DNA from: Fibrobacteria bacterium
GTDB taxonomy: Bacteria > Fibrobacterota > Chitinivibrionia > Chitinivibrionales > FEN-1185
Length of the DNA stretch: 30,878 nucleotides
Reading direction: 5' to 3'
NCBI GenBank assembly: GCA_037447435.1
Contig: JBBIGR010000052.1
Coordinates: forward strand, 1 to 30,878
Part shown: piece after piece, positions 18,623 to 26,476 of the stretch
Numbering within the stretch: the first letter of the stretch is position 1
Layout of the letters: every line of letters starts with the position of its first letter
Translations under genes and position numbers: made by a program
Notes under the pieces: generated by a model
Database searches by the model: none
What the model saw: only the letters and a program-made list of their open reading frames with translations
Told to the model about the DNA's origin: nothing

Positions 18623-19909
18623 TCATTTTGCGATCATCGTTTTAAACGTCGGATTAAAATAACCGAGATTCAAATCCGTAAACCGTTTTTGAATCTCGCT
18701 TTGCCATTGTTTCATGCCGATGGAATCGTCCGATCCCTTTCCCAGTCCCATTTCCCGCATATACCATAACGGGTCGATGTTTAAATTTCTGGTTTGTATC
18801 ATATTAATTTTTGTTTTTGCCAAAAGTTGTTTCAAGGCTTTTATTTCATGAGTATTATCGGTAAACCCCGGAAAGACCAAATAATTAATCGAAACCCATA
18901 CCCCATGCTTTTTGGCGACAACGATGGATTTGACGACGTCGTCGAATGAAAATCCGCGCGGCCTGTAATAGGCGTGATACGCCGGTTTCTGCGCCGAATT
19001 CATGCTGACGCGCATACTGTTTAATCCAGCTTTGCACAGCCGTTCGATCGCACGGGGTTTGCTGGCATTCGTATTGCAATTGATTATTCCCCGCGTTGTC
19101 CGCAAGCGGATTTCGCGAATCGATTCTTCGATTATATCCGCAGAAAGCAATGGTTCGCCCTCGCAGCCCTGCCCAAAACTGGCAATCGGATTGTTCGCCC
19201 GTTGCAAATGCGGAACGACATATTCAACGATTTCCCCGACCGTAGGTACAAAATCGAGCCTCTGTTGCGTCGAAGGGATGCACGACGACTTCGGCTGCTT
19301 CGAAATGCAGCCGAGGCACGATGCATTGCACGCAGTACTGACGGGGATAGGACATTCCCATTTTCCCAGCACCAAATTGCATGCATTCGGACACCGGTAT
19401 TGCAAGACGCAATTGTCAACCAAATGCGCCACAAGCCTGTTCCCCGCATGTCGTTTTCTCATCGAAACCGCCTTCGCATCTATCAATGCCAGGGATTCGT
19501 CGGCTATCTCGTGCCGCAACTGCTTGTCGATACGGAATCCGGCCGCATAAAATTTCCCGCTTTTAAACCCGAGGGCTGCATAACAGAATAACGGTAGCTT
19601 TGGCGCGCCGCCCATTTCCTCGTACGCACTGAAATGGGTCTGTACATACCCCGGTGGCATAAATGCCGCTGCCGCAAATACCTTTTGACCGGCATATTCG
19701 CGTAAAGCGACAAATTGTCCGGTCACCGGATCATATCCGACGGGAAGCCGTTTCGGCAAAACATGAAAAACACTCGACTGGGGCAAGGCAACAAGATCCT
19801 TTGTGTCCGGTACAACGATTTTACCCGCGCTTGCTCCGGCCATGAGCAACTCCGGAATTTCAAATACCTCGCCCTTGCTGTTGCAAACAACCATATTCGG
19901 TTTTTTCAT
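18623..19909 (-). CDS. Radical SAM protein of unknown function
   Basis: CNASCLGCIS (CxxxCxxC), SFGQGCEGEPLL, NTNAS, RVSMNSA and RNLNIDP. Confidence 0.88.
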   Translation of the reverse strand: MKKPNMVVCNSKGEVFEIPELLMAGASAGKIVVPDTKDLVALPQSSVFHVLPKRLPVGYDPVTGQFVALREYAGQKVFAAAAFMPPGYVQTHFSAYEEMGGAPKLPLFCYAALGFKSGKFYAAGFRIDKQLRHEIADESLALIDAKAVSMRKRHAGNRLVAHLVDNCVLQYRCPNACNLVLGKWECPIPVSTACNASCLGCISKQPKSSCIPSTQQRLDFVPTVGEIVEYVVPHLQRANNPIASFGQGCEGEPLLSADIIEESIREIRLRTTRGIINCNTNASKPRAIERLCKAGLNSMRVSMNSAQKPAYHAYYRPRGFSFDDVVKSIVVAKKHGVWVSINYLVFPGFTDNTHEIKALKQLLAKTKINMIQTRNLNIDPLWYMREMGLGKGSDDSIGMKQWQSEIQKRFTDLNLGYFNPTFKTMIAK

Positions 19910-20110
19910 GATTCATCCTTTACAAGTTACCATTACTAAACAACCTCTCCGATCACCTCCGGAGGCGTGCACAATCGCAAATGCATTGTAAAATACCCTC
20001 CCCCCTTCGTCAAACACAAAATGATCTTCGGCATTTTATTTTTTCTTGCTGAATCCAAACCGGAATTGTACGATTTGGGAAACCACATCGCCCCCTGAAA
20101 GGATTACCGT

Positions 20111-20518
20111 ATGGCATTAATTGATTGGAGTCCCAAGCTCTCTGTCGGTGTTGCCGAAATCGACGAGCAACATAAAAAATGGATCGGGATAACAAACGAA
20201 TTGAACGATGCGATGAAAAGCGGGAAAGGTTCCGCCGTGCTTGGCACGATCCTGAAGGAAATCGAAAACTATGTCGCTTTCCATTTTTCACATGAAGAAA
20301 AGCTCATGGAAAAAGCCGGATACACGGACATTGTTGCTCATAAAGCAATTCATACGAAATATACCCTTGAAATGAAAAAATTAAATGAGGAATTTAAAGC
20401 AGGGAAATTGATGCTTTCTTTGCAAGTCATGGATTCTTTGAAAAATTGGCTTACGTCCCATATCCAAGGACAAGACCAAAAATATACCGCCGCATTAAAC
20501 GCTAAAGGTATCAAATAA
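20111..20518 (+). CDS. Bacteriohemerythrin
   Basis: W...SVGVAEIDEQH, HFSHEE, HKAIH and WLTSHIQGQD: the complete di-iron ligand set. Confidence 0.95.
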   Translation: MALIDWSPKLSVGVAEIDEQHKKWIGITNELNDAMKSGKGSAVLGTILKEIENYVAFHFSHEEKLMEKAGYTDIVAHKAIHTKYTLEMKKLNEEFKAGKLMLSLQVMDSLKNWLTSHIQGQDQKYTAALNAKGIK

Positions 20519-20550
20519 CCGTCCCCGTATCACAACCTTTTTCACCGTTC

Positions 20551-20596
20551 GCATAATAAAAAGGGCTGATTCGCGAATCAGCCCTTTTTATTATGC
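20551..20596. terminator. Intrinsic terminator (perfect 46-bp palindrome, potentially bidirectional)
   Basis: GCATAATAAAAAGGGCTGATTCG|CGAATCAGCCCTTTTTATTATGC directly after hemerythrin, with A and T tracts on both sides. Confidence 0.85.
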
Positions 20597-20613
20597 TTTT
20601 CCAAAAATTCTTC

Positions 20614-20640
20614 TAAAGTTTTTTCAAATTATGCCGAAAA
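20614..20640 (+). promoter_or_regulatory. Sigma-28 (FliA/SigD) promoter
   Basis: TAAAgttttttcaaattatGCCGAAAA = TAAA-N15-GCCGAAAA. It matches the consensus TAAAGTTT-N11-GCCGATAA at 15 of 16 positions with exact spacing. Confidence 0.82.
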
Positions 20641-20725
20641 GTTAATAAGGGAAGCTATAGGATAACGAGCATTTTCGCGTGCAACATGCGAGAATGTTCA
20701 TCGCAAATAAATCAGGGAGGTGCTT

Positions 20726-21511
20726 ATGAAAGTCAATGGAAAGACCGTTGATGCGCTGCAATGGCTACGCGATACCGGCGGCGCCAATGCCGTAAAACGG
20801 TTTTCTGGCCAACAAGCTACGGCGCAAACCGATAAAGCCGCTCAGGTCAAATCACTCAGCAAAGACGAAGCAAGCCAACTTAAAATCCAAATGCAATATA
20901 ATAAGGCAGGTATGGCCACAAGCGCATCAACCGATTCCTTAGCCTCTTATTTAGGTAGCCTTAAGGATTTGCAAAACTCGCCGACCGGGCAACCATTGAC
21001 AAAGAGCACAAACTCGGTACGATTCAGCAACGCAACAAACAATGCAACTGTCAATGGCGGTTTCAATTCGGTCGATTTTAAAGGAAACGCAAAACTGGAA
21101 AAAAACAATGCGATTACTGTGACCGGCGAAGGCAACATCGTCCGCGGATACAACGGCGGGCAATCGGACAATTCCGTGAAAATCACGGGAAACACCAACC
21201 GCTTATACGCCGGCGAAAACGTTTCCAACAATTCTGCAACCATTACCGGCGGCAAAAACACGGTAAATCTTTCTTCCGAAGCGTCGAACAACACGATTTC
21301 GGTATCCGGTAATAACGTCAAAGTCGCAATCGGCTCGGCCGGACTTGCCGCCGGCTCCAATCAAAACTGGAACATCAATGTTGCGGCAAGCAATGTCGAC
21401 GTCACCGTTGCCAACGGCAAAGCCAGCGTTTCCATGGCCGACGAATTAAAAGACAAATATAAAGTAAATATAGACAATACGGCAAAAACCGTGACTATCA
21501 CTGCGGTGTAA
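20726..21511 (+). CDS. Hypothetical Asn/Gly-rich beta-solenoid repeat protein without a Sec signal
   Basis: RBS GGGAGG and ATG at 20726. About six repeats of 20-23 aa: NNATVNGGFNSV, NNAITVTGEGNIV, DNSVKITGNTNRL, NNSATITGGKNTV, NNTISVSGNNVKV and a degenerate sixth. Confidence 0.8.
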   Translation: MKVNGKTVDALQWLRDTGGANAVKRFSGQQATAQTDKAAQVKSLSKDEASQLKIQMQYNKAGMATSASTDSLASYLGSLKDLQNSPTGQPLTKSTNSVRFSNATNNATVNGGFNSVDFKGNAKLEKNNAITVTGEGNIVRGYNGGQSDNSVKITGNTNRLYAGENVSNNSATITGGKNTVNLSSEASNNTISVSGNNVKVAIGSAGLAAGSNQNWNINVAASNVDVTVANGKASVSMADELKDKYKVNIDNTAKTVTITAV

Positions 21512-21517
21512 CCGGTA

Positions 21518-21554
21518 ATCCGCCGGTCTCGGCCGGCGGATCTGCGTCTTTTTT
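21518..21554 (+). terminator. Probable intrinsic terminator between convergent genes
   Basis: ATCCGCCGG-TCTCGG-CCGGCGGAT, followed after 7 nt by a T tract. Confidence 0.55.
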
Positions 21555-21557
21555 GTA

Positions 21558-22229
21558 TTAATACCTTCGCGGCGGGAGTTGAGCACCCACGACCTGGAGG
21601 GCGGGTTTTAATGAATCGGGCAGCTCATAATATTGTTTCATTGCAAAAACGATAAGGTTTCTGTACTCGACGCTTTGGGACATTTTTTCCGCCATGTCCC
21701 GGCACCGCAGGTAATCGGCTTTGTCTTGTTGCGTTATTAGAATAATCGGGCCGTCCGTTTTCTTGTACGTATTGCCGTTTCCCGTATACGCGACGATCGC
21801 AGGTTCTTTATATGCCGGGTAAATCCGGATAATGACATTGACCATTTCCTTGTGCAGCACCGACAACGAGGAAATTTCCTTATGCAAACTGTCTATCCTG
21901 TCGTCGATCTTCATGATTCTCTGGTTTGTCCCCGCGTCCCATAACTTGTCTTTAAGTTCCGCAACTTCGTTCTTTAAAAAAAACAATTGTTTACGTATGG
22001 GAACAAGACTGCTGTCGAGCGGCCTGATGATATCGCCGTATTGCGGGGGGTACGTCGCGAAGGTTTTTTTAAGCAGTTCGGTATTGCTATACCGATGCAT
22101 GCCGCATTGCGCGCAAAGCAAGCATATGCCGACGAGCACAAGAGCGGAAAATACTTTTCTCTTCCAACCGGCAGGAAACGTCACAAAAACTCCATCTCCC
22201 AAAAGCCTTAATTGCCCGAAAAAAAGCAT
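21558..22229 (-). CDS. Hypothetical protein, possible lipoprotein with a coiled coil
   Basis: Hydrophobic segment ending LLCAQC, then heptad-like helices. The start is uncertain. Confidence 0.6.
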   Translation of the reverse strand: MLFFGQLRLLGDGVFVTFPAGWKRKVFSALVLVGICLLCAQCGMHRYSNTELLKKTFATYPPQYGDIIRPLDSSLVPIRKQLFFLKNEVAELKDKLWDAGTNQRIMKIDDRIDSLHKEISSLSVLHKEMVNVIIRIYPAYKEPAIVAYTGNGNTYKKTDGPIILITQQDKADYLRCRDMAEKMSQSVEYRNLIVFAMKQYYELPDSLKPALQVVGAQLPPRRY

Positions 22230-22327
22230 TCTCTATTATTGTGCAATTAAATAAATAAGAATACAAGACTAATAAATAAATTCATTCCGCTATCCGTATC
22301 GGCCTGCGCAGCGGGTAATTTTAAAGT

Positions 22328-22882
22328 ATGAAAAAAGAAACGGCAAAAATGGTGTTTTACTGTTGCATCATCGACGCGATATGCTCATTGCCGATGTTCT
22401 TTTTATCATATGCCGAAGGCGAAGGTTGGCTCAATGCAAAGCAGCAACTGGGCCTAGCAATACTTAACATAGGGTATGCTGCGGTTTCCGTCATCATATA
22501 TGGCGGTTTCAAGCTGCTTTTGCAAACTTTTATGAAAAGGACCGGCTTTCACTTGTTTTTCGATGCCTTGATTGCATTTTCCATTATTACCCCGATACTC
22601 ATGTTCGCGAAAATTTACAGTCCCTCATTCAAACATACGATAGACCTTTTCTTCATGGTCGTGTCGATTCCGTCGTATATCGCCTTCTCTTTTGTCTTTT
22701 TTCGCCTCAGGACCTGCCAGGATGCCTTCGGTTCATTGTGGAAAAATTTATGCCTTGTAAATGTATGGACCGGTATTTGTTTTTTAAGCGTTGTTCTGAT
22801 CCCGCTCGCTATCGTTTTGAATGTCATTTCCAGCATCATGAGTGCAAAGGTATTTTTAGCTGCATCAAAAATCGAAGAGTAA
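22328..22882 (+). CDS. Hypothetical membrane protein
   Basis: 184 aa with five or six hydrophobic segments; fills the gap between neighbouring genes. Confidence 0.7.
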   Translation: MKKETAKMVFYCCIIDAICSLPMFFLSYAEGEGWLNAKQQLGLAILNIGYAAVSVIIYGGFKLLLQTFMKRTGFHLFFDALIAFSIITPILMFAKIYSPSFKHTIDLFFMVVSIPSYIAFSFVFFRLRTCQDAFGSLWKNLCLVNVWTGICFLSVVLIPLAIVLNVISSIMSAKVFLAASKIEE

Positions 22883-23011
22883 AAAAAATTAAGATCGAAC
22901 TTGCATTGGCATGTAAGCATAATATTATATTATATCCGTAACGGCAGCATCGCATATTCGTGCCATGGCGGCCATAATCAATATCACATTCCGTCTCAAA
23001 GGAGTTTCTTG

Positions 23012-23305
23012 ATGGGCAACAAGTTATATGTAGGCAACCTTGCTTACAGTATCAGCGACAATGAACTGCAAAACATTTTTACACCGTTTGGCACGGTAGC
23101 TTCGGCCAAGGTGATCATGGATCGCGACACTGGCCGTTCAAAAGGTTTTGGCTTTGTCGAAATGGGTTCCGATCAGGAAGCGCAAGCAGCTATCGCCGGA
23201 TGCAATGGCAAAGAAATTTCTGGTCGTCCTCTTACTGTTAACGAAGCTCGCCCCAAACCCGAAGGTGGTCGCGGCGGTTTCGGCGGCGGCGGGAAACGCT
23301 GGTAA
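23012..23305 (+). CDS. RRM-domain RNA-binding protein
   Basis: RNP2 LYVGNL, RNP1 KGFGFVEM, LTVNEARP and a Gly-rich tail; RBS AAGGAG. Confidence 0.95.
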   Translation: MGNKLYVGNLAYSISDNELQNIFTPFGTVASAKVIMDRDTGRSKGFGFVEMGSDQEAQAAIAGCNGKEISGRPLTVNEARPKPEGGRGGFGGGGKRW

Positions 23306-23328
23306 GCTTTTCCGAAATATATTGTCGA

Positions 23329-23358
23329 GAAAGGGAGGCTTTTTAGCTTCCCTTTTTT
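23329..23358. terminator. Intrinsic terminator between convergent genes
   Basis: GAAAGGGAGGCT-TTTT-AGCTTCCCTTTTTT. Confidence 0.7.
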
Positions 23359-23833
23359 ATTTGGAGGTCTTCTTTTTTGCCTGTTTCCGGGCGACATGCG
23401 AACGTGAAATCAGGAACGAACACGTCGCTTTCACCGATAAACTCCCATAATCACAAGCCGCATCGATATGACCTGAAACATTAAACGGGATATTGACAAG
23501 ATATACCATTATTTTTCCGTTTTTATCGGTCCTGGTGCAACTACCAATTGCGGTGTCAACCACGGTACTATCATCAATATCCGGCGGTTTACAGGAAAAA
23601 ACTCCGCAATTGGCGGCAAGTTCTATTTCCTGATCCGGTATCGGTTTTCCGTCTTTTGTTTGTAACGTCGCATAAATCCGCGCCTTGCCGTATTGTTCCG
23701 AAGAATCCGAAGGATACACTGCCGCTTTTACATGGATTTTACAGGTACCTTCAAGTCCGAAGTCATTTTCCCCCGAAAAACCATTTGCAAACAGCAGTAA
23801 AATCGCTAATGACCCGAGCAGTACTTTTTTCAT
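23357..23833 (-). CDS. Hypothetical exported protein with an Ig-like (Big_1/invasin-like) fold
   Basis: Signal peptide; ARIYATLQTKDGKPIPDQEIEL...TDKNGK pattern; several Cys residues. Confidence 0.65.
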   Translation of the reverse strand: MKKVLLGSLAILLLFANGFSGENDFGLEGTCKIHVKAAVYPSDSSEQYGKARIYATLQTKDGKPIPDQEIELAANCGVFSCKPPDIDDSTVVDTAIGSCTRTDKNGKIMVYLVNIPFNVSGHIDAACDYGSLSVKATCSFLISRSHVARKQAKKKTSK

Positions 23834-23997
23834 TTTCCCCCCTCATCATGCTTTAAGGATTTTAAAATATACGTTTTGCCTCGGAGTGAAGGCCCCTTAC
23901 AAGCTTTGGAAAACGCAATCCCGCCGGTCTACATTAGTATGTCGGAAATTATCATCCATGTCGTATATTAAAAGGCATTATTAACCAAGGAGTATCG

Positions 23998-24309
23998 GTG
24001 GATAAACTTAAAGGATTTCAAAAACAGTTTCTTAAGGGGCTTGCCCATAGCATGAAGCCCGTGATATTTATCGGCCAAAACGGCCTGGCCCCGAGCGTAA
24101 TGAAAGCCATAGCCGACGCCTTGAATCAGCACGAACTCATCAAACTGAAATTTCTTGACATAAAAGAGAAGGAACGGAAACAGGAAATGATTCAATCCAT
24201 CGAAAAAGAATCCGCCGCCGAAATGATCGGAATGATCGGGCATGTTGCGATATTTTTCAGGCAAAACCCGGATGTTGACAAAAGAAAGATACTCATCCCG
24301 AAGCGATAA
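23998..24309 (+). CDS. yhbY: YhbY family (CRM domain) RNA-binding protein
   Basis: LKGLAHSMKPVIFIGQNGL, ALNQHELIKLK and IGHVAIFFR; GTG start after AAGGAG. Confidence 0.92.
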   Translation: MDKLKGFQKQFLKGLAHSMKPVIFIGQNGLAPSVMKAIADALNQHELIKLKFLDIKEKERKQEMIQSIEKESAAEMIGMIGHVAIFFRQNPDVDKRKILIPKR

Positions 24310-24315
24310 ATCCCC

Positions 24316-24711
24316 ATGTTCAATTTTGCAATTTCATCACAAGGGCTGCTTATTTCCACAGGAATCGCCTTAAACCTTTTAGGCATTGTTTATTTGATAC
24401 AAATTAAGAGCATTGCAAAAGGGTTCAAATTCATTTTAACAAGCCACAAATACCTGTTTACCATGGGCCTTTCGGGTATAGGGTTGTTTTGCATTTTCAT
24501 CGGTACGGCGGTTGAAACGTGCGCAATTATCAACCCCTACAGCCCTGTCAGCAAAGGGATGTTTTTCCTATGTGCCGCAATGCTTGTTTTGCTCGGTATC
24601 CTGGTGGGCTCAAGCGGCGGAAAAAGCGACTTCGTCATTTTTAAAATCGGCGCTGTTGCAAAAATCGCGGCAGCAATGCTGATGATTGCTGCCGTCGCTT
24701 CATCACATTGA
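24316..24711 (+). CDS. Hypothetical four-helix membrane protein
   Basis: Four hydrophobic segments; starts 6 nt after yhbY. Confidence 0.65.
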   Translation: MFNFAISSQGLLISTGIALNLLGIVYLIQIKSIAKGFKFILTSHKYLFTMGLSGIGLFCIFIGTAVETCAIINPYSPVSKGMFFLCAAMLVLLGILVGSSGGKSDFVIFKIGAVAKIAAAMLMIAAVASSH

Positions 24712-25917
24712 TCCCCGTACTAGTACCGTTGCGAGCCGGGCAAGCCCTCTGTCCTTTTCCTCGTCGCTCGATTGCGTGAAATTCAACCGGAGAAACGATT
24801 CGCCGCCGCCATTGGCAAAAAACGCCGCGCCGTCGGCAAAGGCCACGCCGCGCGACACGCATTGCCGCAACAACAGGGACGCGGTAATATCGGGCCTATT
24901 GAACTTTGTCCAGAAAAACATCCCTCCCTCGGGCTTTTGCCAGGTGCATAAACCGTCCAAATGCCTATGCATACAGCGGTCCATGATGTCTCTTTTTTGC
25001 CGGTATACCTCGCGCACTTTTTCCAAATGCGCGTCAAGGTCCATGCGTTTTAAAACCTCCAGCACGAGCAATTGTGCAAATCTGCTTGTGCAAAGGTCCG
25101 CCCCTTGCTTTGCAGTAATCATATGACGCATCGCTTTCGATTTTGTCCAAACCCATCCCAATCGAAACCCCGGCGCAATCATTTTTGAAAACGTTCCCAA
25201 CAACATGCAATTATCAACGCCATACGCGCAAACGGGTTTATCGGGTTTTTCGCCGTAATACAATTGCCCGTAAGGATCGTCCTAAACAAGCATTGTCCCG
25301 AATCTGTTCAGGACTGCAGCGGTTTCAAAACGTCGCTGTTTTGAATAGCATATCCCCGTGGGGTTTTGAAATGTCGGGACCGTATAAAAAAATGTCGCCA
25401 TTTTGCTGCTGCAATGCCGTGTCAAATGGTCCACATTCGCGCCATCGCCATCCATTGCAACTTCAAAATACGCCGGCTCAAATGCGGAAAACGCCTGCAG
25501 CGCGGCCAAATAGGTGGGCCTCTCCACTATGACAAGCGACGCAGGATCAATAAACACCTTGCCTATCAGATCCAACGCCTGTTGCGACCCGTTGACAATC
25601 ATTATTTCTTCGGGCAACGCCGCGATGCCGAGTTTTGTAAGCCATGTTGCCGCTACGAATTCCCGCAAGTCATTCTCACCTTCGCTTTGGCCGTATAGAA
25701 ACGCACGCGTTCCGTGTTTCGCCACGACGTTCTCAAACGCCCCGGCAATGATATCGAGCGGTATGCACGAATCGTCCGGCACGCCGCCGCCGAACGATAT
25801 GAGCTCGTTAGTTGTGTTGAGCGATAGGATTTCTCTCACGCTGGAACGCGGCATTCCTTGCACGCGCTTTGCTAAACGATATGCTGTGGGGATGGATTGT
25901 GGTTCACGTGTTTTCAT
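24703..25917 (-). pseudogene. PLP-dependent class I/II aminotransferase (LysN/ARO8-like) with an in-frame amber stop at 25282-25284
   Basis: ISFGGGVPD, NGSQQALDL, PTYLAALQAF, YTVPTFQNPTG, LV*DDPYG, GTFSK (PLP lysine), PGFRLGW, PEGGMFFW and LRLNF. ORFs 25282..25980 and 24703..25263 are in the same frame. Confidence 0.9.
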
Positions 25918-26047
25918 GATAGGGCCTCGATGAAAATAAAAGATATCTTCCATTAGTCGATAATACGACAAAGTCAACAAACAGGTTTACTGCAATACCG
26001 CGGGCTGCTGCGAACATCATACGAACTCCTTGAATGAGGTGAAAATT

Positions 26048-26083
26048 AAAAAAAAAGGCCTCCCGGTTTTACCCGGAAGGCCT
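26048..26083 (-). terminator. Intrinsic terminator of the attenuator upstream of the aminotransferase
   Basis: Minus strand AGGCCTTCCGG-GTAAAA-CCGGGAGGCCT running into a T9 tract. Confidence 0.88.
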
Positions 26084-26107
26084 CATATAATCGATGTACT
26101 GTATGGC

Positions 26108-26230
26108 TTATTCCGGGTATTTTCCTTTGGAAACCGCAGCGTCAATAATGGCTGCAACGGTCCACAACGCAGCCGCAGCCGGCGCATTAAGGGTTGTAAA
26201 ACGGGAAAATGCCAGGAAATTTTTATTCAT
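26108..26230 (-). CDS. Putative Ala-rich attenuator leader peptide (40 aa)
   Basis: Own translation: MNKNFLAFSRFTTLNAPAAAALWTVAAIIDAAVSKGKYPE*. It has 10 Ala, 9 of them in codons 16-32, and its stop lies 24 nt before the terminator stem. Confidence 0.75.
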   Translation of the reverse strand: MNKNFLAFSRFTTLNAPAAAALWTVAAIIDAAVSKGKYPE

Positions 26231-26236
26231 GTTTAA

Positions 26237-26266
26237 AATATAAACGCCATGCATTTGTTTTGTCAA
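26237..26266 (-). promoter_or_regulatory. Sigma-70 promoter giving a leaderless transcript of the leader peptide
   Basis: TTGACA (26266-26261)-N18-TATATT (26242-26237), then 6 nt, then the ATG at 26230. Confidence 0.7.
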
Positions 26267-26476
26267 TAAAAAAGTTCCAGATATTCCGATGCTTTAAAAA
26301 TTCTGCCGAAATTGCCCGAGTCTCTGCCTGCGGCAATAAACAAAATGATGTGGCATATGCAAACCTGGAATACTATAATTAAAAATACGCCGGAAAAAAA
26401 TATCGATTCGACAACCACAGGGTTTCCTAACCCTGTGTTGTCGTCCGGAAATCACAGTCAGCTTCGAAAGTGCACC

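Noticed and set aside
20726..21000. Calling the sigma-28 gene flgM or a flagellin
   Set aside because: It is too long for FlgM and lacks the C-terminal sigma-binding motif. It also lacks the conserved flagellin N- and C-terminal helices.
25282..25284. Stop-codon reassignment or pyrrolysine at the TAG in the aminotransferase
   Set aside because: TAG ends several complete genes in this window, and the position is a conserved Glu one substitution away (GAG).
26267..26312. Second sigma-28 promoter upstream of the diguanylate cyclase (GCCGAAAT at 26305, TCCGATGC at 26285)
   Set aside because: Neither element has TAAA at the required 15-nt spacing.
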